DNA of 63,942 bases, counting the filler, from Hyphochytrium catenoides (lineage: Eukaryota > Protista > Hyphochytriomycota): assembly GCA_900088475.1 (NCBI GenBank). It is 5 parts of 5 records of this genome, joined end to end, with 100 filler letters (N's around TTAATTAATTAA, not from the genome) between each part and the next. Parts side by side here need not be neighbours in the genome. Positions count along the whole stretch, not along the records: positions 59,308 to 61,737 come from FLMG01001488.1; positions 61,838 to 63,942 come from FLMG01001282.1; 3 more parts are not named here. One strand, written 5' to 3'. The position numbers and the translations under genes are program-made. The notes below the pieces were generated by a model. The model searched no databases and was not told the origin of the DNA. It worked only from the letters and a program-made list of their open reading frames with translations. Of the stretch, positions 61,282 through 63,942 are shown piece by piece (the first letter of the stretch is position 1; each line of letters begins with the position of its first letter).

Positions 61282-61737
61282 TTTCTCTGGAAGTAGAGGG
61301 GCTACGGGAGTTTTGACTGCAGGATCGTAATCTCCGTGAAAAACTGGGTCTGCTGGTATTTTTGACAATATTTTTGACAAAATGTCAAAAATGGTGTCCC
61401 CAATGGTGTCAAATAAGGTATATTTTACACCAAAAACTGGTATAATTGACACGTTTTTGTGAATTAAGAGCTTTAGCTGTCAATTCACAAAAGTGTCAAA
61501 TATGGTCAATTACTGTCAAATATCCTGTCAAATATCGGGATAATTGACATGAAATTGGCGATAATTGACAGAAAGCTGGTAAATTCACTCGGTTGAGTGT
61601 GAATTTGCAACTGGGGATGGTAACGGCAATGGTCTTCGGTCTCCAATCCTGGAGGAGAGTTGGATACTCCAGGGGTGGGTCTTGGTCTTGGTCCTGGAGG
61701 AGAGTTGGTTACTCCAGGGGGTAGTCTTGTTCTTGTT
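59308..61737 (-). mobile_element. Ty1/copia LTR retrotransposon, internal part (leader + gag-PR-IN), both ends lost in gaps
   Basis: Integrase directly follows protease, the Copia domain order; see the CDS entry. Confidence 0.95.
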
Positions 61738-61837
61738 NNNNNNNNNNNNNNNNNNNNNNNNNNNNNNNNNNNNNNNNNNNNTTAATTAATTAANNNNNNN
61801 NNNNNNNNNNNNNNNNNNNNNNNNNNNNNNNNNNNNN
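61738..61837. other. Artificial contig linker
   Basis: N44-TTAATTAATTAA-N44. Confidence 0.95.
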
Positions 61838-61983
61838 AGCACCTCTTCTGCCGCGCTAAGAAGATCTAGGACTAGGACTAGTTTTCCTCCAGATGCACAG
61901 AAGCCCATCACCTCCTCTCCCCGGAGATCCAGCAATCGTCTCTGCCGCCGCAAGCTTCTTCAGACAATGCACAAAGGCCTACT

Positions 61984-62250
61984 ATGCATCCTCCAATGCA
62001 GCAAGTACAGAACTCCATTGTCCTCGCTACTGGACGTCTGCAGCGGCAAATTGAGACGTGTCCAAAGCCCAGCATTAGGGGGTGGTACACTCGGAGACTG
62101 AGGGCATTGTCCAAGTTGACCCCGCAGCAGACCACGTTGGAGGCTCCTGCAGCTCAGAGCCCGCAGGCTCAGGCCTCCTTATCACCAGAAATGTTTAAGC
62201 AGACACCTCCTGACAGAGAGGATATGAGCGATGCTTACCAAGACTTATGA
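61984..62250 (+). CDS. Short upstream ORF (88 aa) overlapping the CRE ORF start by ATGA
   Basis: Its TGA (62248-62250) overlaps the ATG at 62247-62249. No recognisable domain. Confidence 0.3.
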   Translation: MHPPMQQVQNSIVLATGRLQRQIETCPKPSIRGWYTRRLRALSKLTPQQTTLEAPAAQSPQAQASLSPEMFKQTPPDREDMSDAYQDL

Positions 62251-63942
62251 ACGAGTCTTCCACAATTCCTGCTGGCCCCCGCCTCCGTACTCGTAGAGGT
62301 GTTGACTGTTCACAGCAGGCCCCTGCTCGACCGTGTCCTTGTCCTCTAGCTGCCTGTCATGCATCCTTCCCTGACACCCGTTTACTCGCTCAACATTTGA
62401 GGTCACACACACGCCATCCGACCTCTCCTTGTCTCGAAGATCCAGCTTTTCATACGTGGTTGCGGGACAATCACAGAGTGGTATGTCCCAGAAGCTGTGG
62501 CCACATCTTAGCACTTGTTATATGTGAATACTCCGTGTAGTAGTACCATATACTCCTCTGAACTACAAGCTCTCGCTTTATCTCTTGGAGCTAGCGCTGG
62601 GGCCAGGAGGTGGATAGGAGAAGGCGCTGGCGAGAGCGCCGCGGCCTTTAGAGGAACTAGCTTACGAGGATGGGTAGTCCGAGTCTCCTGGGCCAATGGT
62701 TGGCTATCAGCGTAGCGCTTGCTACGAAGGAGGCTGCTCTCATCTCTAGTTCTATCTTTCTCTCCCTCCTTCTCTCTCTGCTCTTCCTGAGATCCGTTTG
62801 CTTCTACTCACAATGTAAATCAGTCAATAACGTTCGATCTAAGAGAAAAGTCCTTAGAGTCGCCTTAGAAGTCTTCCTCTGCAGAGCTTTGTCGGAGCTG
62901 AGGCCTGGCCAGCCGAAGCGAAGACTTAGCTAAACCCATTGACTCACTCTTCTTACATACTACAGCACTCCCCATTCGAGAAGCCCACTTCGCCTCTTGT
63001 ACAGCCTCTTTGCCGTCTCAGCGAGACCTCTCCTCTTTCACCAACCCCGCTAGTCAGCCTGCTGCGCCTCCTTCACCCAATGAGCCTATCCCTTTACACA
63101 ACTACCTACCAGCCCCAGCACCCCTGGATGAACCCTTGCTGATTGCCGATCCCCTCCGTCAACCCCATGCACTACACATTGCGGCCCAGGAGGTTCAGCC
63201 TCAGGGACATGACCCCCTTCATCTGCCGGACCTTCTTACGATTCTGCAGACGCATATACCAACGTTAAGACGCGCTCCCGCTCGCCTCAATTCCCAGGTG
63301 TCTGCCACTTTGTCTCGCCTTTTTTCATCTTGTTCGTCTCGGGAGAGGGAGGACCCTTGGAAGCTATTGTTCATGTTTCCCAAGTGCGTTCTACGATGGG
63401 ACAGGCCTCCTCGCGGTGGACGCAGACGCAAGGTAGGCCGAGCCACAGGAGTTGCGATGGCTGTTGCTAGGCGCCTTGCCCGCTGGGAGGCCGGGGAGCA
63501 AGCTCTCCTTTGGCGAGAAGCTCTTCGGTCCTTTCATGACACACCAGTCAAACCCCCTTCTACACCAAGTCTGAGGAAGAACATTTTACGAGCGGTTCGG
63601 TGCGCCGAGGAAGGACTACAAGCAAAGGCCGTGGCAGCCCTGATGTCTCTCGGCACCTCTCCTCCTACAGAGGAGTTCTTTCAGATAATGCGGGACAAAC
63701 ATCCTCAAGCTCCTCCTCCAGCAGCTCTTCCCCCACTTCTTCCCCCTCCTTTTGCGCTCTCGGCAGAGGAAGTTGCTGAGGTCATTTCTACCTTCCCTTC
63801 TGGATCAGCTGCTGGAGCGTCTGGGTTCCGCCCACAGTTCTTTAAGGACATTATGTCTTCTGCTAACCCCGAAGACAGGGAGAGAGTCTTGAGATGCCTG
63901 ACCGCTCTTGTTAACCGTCTGCTCTGGGGAGTCCTTCCCCCT
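62247..63942 (+). pseudogene. CRE main ORF (C2H2 + C2HC fingers, RT N-terminal region) disrupted by an LTR insertion; runs off the right edge
   Basis: CPLAACHASFPDTRLLAQHLRSH. Joining 62515 to 62970 restores CPRSCGHILALPIREAHFASC and a stop-free frame to 63942. Confidence 0.85.
62516..62964 (+). mobile_element. Solo LTR, 449 bp, with 5-bp TSD GCACT
   Basis: Ends are TGTTATATGT...ACATACTACA (TG...CA, imperfect inverted termini). GCACT lies at 62511-62515 and 62965-62969. Contains an internal CT-rich tract followed by AATAA. Confidence 0.88.

Larger units (their letters stand above)
61838..63942 (+). mobile_element. CRE-clade non-LTR retrotransposon (5' part), interrupted by a solo LTR
   Basis: Zinc fingers followed by the pre-RT region typical of CRE/Cnl1/MoTeR: WKLLFMFPKCVL, RRLARWEAGE, AEEGLQAKAVAALMS, DKHPQAPP, FPSGSAAGASGFRPQFFKD, LTALVNRLLWG. 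Confidence 0.82.

Noticed and set aside
58441-61737. Repeat-spacer-like patterns as a CRISPR array
   Set aside because: Spacers are near-identical rather than unique, the context is eukaryotic, and there are no cas genes.

Overview
Eukaryotic nuclear DNA with short GT-AG introns and the standard genetic code. It is probably from a stramenopile-like protist (inferred from gene content, RRLQ-type secreted protein and TTAGGG telomere; the species cannot be named). The window is five contigs joined by artificial 100-bp N44-TTAATTAATTAA-N44 linkers, so adjacency across linkers is unproven. Contig 1 (1-25454) is gene-dense and almost microsatellite-free. It holds a giant (>=2760 aa) secreted Pro/Thr/Glu-repeat mucin missed by the ORF track, an IAH1-like SGNH protein lacking its catalytic residues, urease accessory UreD, an RNI-like LRR protein, an ArfGAP and an IQ-repeat/C2H2 protein. 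Contigs 2-3 (25555-59207) are loaded with (CT)n/(GA)n. They carry mitochondrial IF-3, an EGF-like+7TM receptor, an orphan helical gene, a PTB/hnRNP-L-like gene missing RRM2 and an HMMR/RHAMM-like gene, followed by decayed subtelomeric DNA ending in a gradient of variant telomeric repeats (TTAGGGCAGCGTG -> TTAGGGAGCGGG -> TTAGGG). Contig 4 is a Ty1/copia gag-pol with a hairpin-packed leader. Contig 5 is a CRE-clade non-LTR retrotransposon with an upstream ORF overlapping by ATGA and a 449-bp solo LTR inserted exactly inside a zinc finger. The best candidate systems are a telomere-variant array possibly coupled to a CRE-type site-specific retrotransposon, and microsatellite-structured introns alongside an atypical PTB.
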